This document shows, piece after piece, positions 60,959-64,000 of a stretch of DNA of 64,000 nt; positions within the stretch are counted from its first letter, which is position 1, and each line of letters opens with the position of its first letter. Where the stretch lies: contig CM097883.1 of NCBI GenBank assembly GCA_044892505.1, positions 238,886,001 to 238,950,000 of the forward strand, in the 5' to 3' direction. The notes under the pieces are model-generated. The model had not been told where the DNA came from. It saw only the letters and a program-made list of their open reading frames with translations, and ran no database searches. The position numbers and the translations under genes are program-made. Origin of the DNA: Schmidtea nova (Eukaryota).

Positions 60959-61348
60959 CTTAGAGCGGGCACCAATACTAACACCTCTAAAATCTTTTTT
61001 TTGTTTTCTTTTAAGAAAAACGCTCCGCGTTACTGGATGGGGGGTAATGTAATGTTCTTTGGACACCATAAATAGATGTTCATGCGTGTTTTATGTACCT
61101 CCGAAATTGTGTGAATCGGAGTTGTAAAAAGGTTGTTAGTCATGTGAAAATTTTATTATTTGTAAATTTTATTGTACATTGTTTAGGATTATGTGAAAGA
61201 ATTATTAAATGTGTAAAAATTTTATTATTTGTATATTTTATTGCCCATTGTTTAAAAGAGATTGTTAAGCGGTTAACCCGCGCACAAATTAATACAAAAT
61301 AAATATTTTAAACAAATTTATCAAAACTTATTACTAATCGATTTTATT

Positions 61349-62665
61349 ATGATAAAATTAATTTATATTTTGGAATTCATCCACAGTATCTTTACAAACA
61401 ACTTGTTGCCAGCAGATATTAGACTGACAGACATCGCCAGGAATATTGAATCTGTTAATGCTACGGCAACTTATAATGTTGAATTTGTCAATATGAAGTG
61501 GAAAATAAACGTCTTTTATTACAAATTCTTTCTAGATGTCAGACCATTGAAAGTTTCAACTAACGGTAAATGTTTGGAAGTGCCTATCAATTCCTATGGA
61601 TACATCACTACGGAGTCCAAGGAATCAATGTCGGGATATTTCCGCATCAATGATAAACATGGAATCAGCAGATTAGTTGAATCGCATGATAAGCGCTATC
61701 CGCCGATTTACATCGCTAACGTGCCAGTGATTATTCTGCCTGAAATCCCAGAAATAGTCGCCTTAGAAATGAAGGGATTTATGGAACCATCTAAAACTTT
61801 AAAACTAAATATTTTTAATAAACAATGCTATGCCAAAGTTGTTATTGTGCTCTACTTTTATGTCAATCTTAGTGATAACATTGAATTTGTTACCGAGAGA
61901 GAGAAATTTATAAAGATCGAAATATGTGTACAGAATATATTTCTCCGTTTAAAATTGATATTTAATCAACTCCCGTGGGAAATAAGGATCGAGTTCTTGG
62001 TGGATAACTTGCCTATTTTGACTCCAAAAATGTGCTTGAGTGACTTTAAAGGCCCCCGTTATCCGGTTTCAGTGAATAGTTATGGCAGATTGAGTTTAAG
62101 TGCCCAGGAATTGCTCGAACCTTTTAAAAGTGATTCATCTAATAGATGTTTTAAGTCGGAAGGCCAAATGCCGTTCACCGGTATGACTTTAATGTTGAAT
62201 GCTACTCTCTATAGTTCTTTGACAATGATCGTCCAACATTATTACATCGACATTATTTTCGGATTGTTTGTATTCATTGTCTGTACAATATGCATTTTTG
62301 AAGGTTCTTATATGATGAACTTATTAATCTTAAGAAAATTACGATTTTATTGTCAGTTGATGTCCTATCAAGATCCGAAAGTGAATGTAGTTAGCGTATG
62401 TACTGTACTATCAAATCCATGTGTGTATCGTTTTTACGTGGTTATTCAATCTTATGAGATCCTCCTTGGGAGATTACCCGATGGTTTCGATAGAGCTTTG
62501 ATTCGACCCGGCATCCTACTTTCCCTGTTATCCGACAAAACTAAAGTACCTTCATATTTTTTTGTAAATTTATGTAAATTAATCAGCCAGGGAACAAAGA
62601 TAAAATTGATGAATCGGCAACCACACCAAAAATCTGAATACCTTGGTGTGGTTTCCGGTTCATCA
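61349..62665 (+). CDS. Second copy of the LTR-encoded glycoprotein-like ORF (3' LTR)
   Basis: Identical to 54747-56063 except S265N and A280T; no stop inside the LTR. Confidence 0.65.
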
Positions 62666-62672
62666 AACATAC

Positions 62673-63956
62673 CACCAATCATAGAGTTAGAAAATCTAAA
62701 AACTATACAAAAACAAAACATAACAGAGTCTCCGAGGATGAACTCGCTCAAATTGGAAGAAATAGACGGAATCTGGTACGACACTTCAAACGACAATAAT
62801 AAAAGAATCATTGTACCGCCTGAATTACGCGAACAGTACCTACAGAAATATCACAACCTTTACCACCCAGGAAACAAAGCCACATATGAACTTTTGCTTA
62901 CCAAAGTAATCTGGCCTTATATGAGAAGGGACGTAAAAACCTTCGTTAGAAAATGCCCACAGTGTCAAAAGAACAAAATAACGAAAAAACAATTTAAAAC
63001 AACGGTGGTACAATTTCCCAGTTCGGAACCTTTCGAAACAATACACATCGACATAGTCGGACCTCTACCACCCAATAACAAACACAAGTATTTGTTAACA
63101 ATAATAGATCGCAAAACAAACTGGTTTGAAGCCATACCCATAAAGGAAATATCCGCAGCAAAGATTTGCAACAAATTAGAACTAAATTGGTTCGCACGGT
63201 ATGGTTGCCCAAAAACTATAATCAGCGATCAAGGTAGACAATTTGAATCCGACATTTTTAAAGGACTGTGTAATAAATATAACATTACGAAAAACAGAAC
63301 AACAGCGTATAACCCCCAATCAAACGGAAAAGTGGAAAGATTACACAGATCTATAAAACAAGCAATCAGAACAAAAACGAACAATAACGATAACTGGTTG
63401 GGAAAATTACCAGAAATTTTGATAGGATTGCGCAACAACCCTTCAAGCTCAAACAACAAAAGTCCTAGCCAATTGGTATTTGGACACAACACAAACCTGC
63501 CAAACTTAAAAGACGAAACAGAAAACAAAGCGGAGGCAAACTACAAATTCAACGAACCACAAATGACCAAACTAAAAAACACCCTGAAAAAAAAACAGTC
63601 AACAAACACAAAATCAAACCAGACTAATAATAGACAAAGTCTTAATAAAGAAACCTTTCACAAGTGGTTTCGAAACAAAATACGAAGGTCCATACAAATT
63701 ACTAAATTTGTACAAAAACGTCGGCACAATCGTAAAAGACAACAAGTCAATTAAAATAAACATACGCCGATTAAAACCATTTTATGAAAACAAACTAACA
63801 CCATCCAACAATGACCACAACCAAAACCCTCCAGACAAAACCCCAAGAAAACAAAAACACATCTCATTCAACTCCAAAAACTCAATAAGACTATTCGACA
63901 AAGACACAATAATCACACCCCTATACAAAAAACGATATAGCGAATGCCTCAAATAA
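62673..63956 (+). CDS. pol: Integrase of element A; one frameshift at the A9 run 63587-63595
   Basis: HNLYHPG...CPQCQ, HIDIVGPLP, SDQGRQFES, SNGKVERLHRS; the shifted frame gives DKVLIKKPFTSGFETKYEGPY. Confidence 0.92.
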
Positions 63957-64000
63957 AATACATAAACATACACAAGCAAACACAGGCACAACATAGCTAA

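Larger units (their letters stand above)
54446..62665 (+). mobile_element. Intact, very recent Ty3/Gypsy element B (8220 bp) with 1618-bp ORF-bearing LTRs
   Basis: LTRs 54446-56063 and 61048-62665 (TG...CA, only two substitutions seen), PBS TGGTGTCAGAAGT 56067-56079, PPT GGATGGGGGG ~61035-61044, duplicated target AACATAC. Confidence 0.97.
51126..64000 (+). mobile_element. Ty3/Gypsy element A (CsRn1/Mag-like Gag), interrupted by element B
   Basis: PBS TGGTGTCAGAAGT at 51324-51336 (tRNA-Leu type), gag, PR-RT-RH, and integrase after 62672. LTR start (~51126) is tentative and the 3' LTR lies beyond the window. Confidence 0.9.

Noticed and set aside
61349-63754. 801-aa protein as a genuine single gene
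   Set aside because: It is a chimera made by insertion of element B's 3' LTR into element A's pol.

Overview
AT-rich eukaryotic (animal-like) genomic DNA with several N gaps. One host gene is present, an 8-exon RAD17 (1873-16749, 522 aa) whose two giant introns are filled with hAT and Penelope-like elements; almost everything else is nested transposon DNA. Tiny 39-53 nt introns, (ATT)n tracts and multi-kb LTRs with IAP-type cargo resemble planarian genomes and their giant 'Burro' Ty3/Gypsy elements, but the host is my inference. Two systems stand out. (1) An intact, very young Ty3/Gypsy element (54446-62665) has 1618-bp LTRs carrying a 439-codon stop-free ORF (signal peptide, N-glycosylation sequons, TM helix). 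From the 5' LTR this ORF reads in frame through the PBS and leader into Gag, giving a 909-aa putative membrane-anchored Gag fusion. (2) A group of giant-LTR families (3-5.6 kb LTRs, TGTTGGG...CCCACCA-type ends, tRNA-Pro PBS) has LTRs that contain a promoter, a coiled-coil/Arg-rich ORF, a polyA signal and a conserved foldable 3' (U5) module seen about 10 times in the window. The one preserved leader carries an IAP-type RING ORF and a six-hairpin array upstream of a three-knuckle Gag. All alignments, folds and domain calls were made by eye and need computational confirmation.
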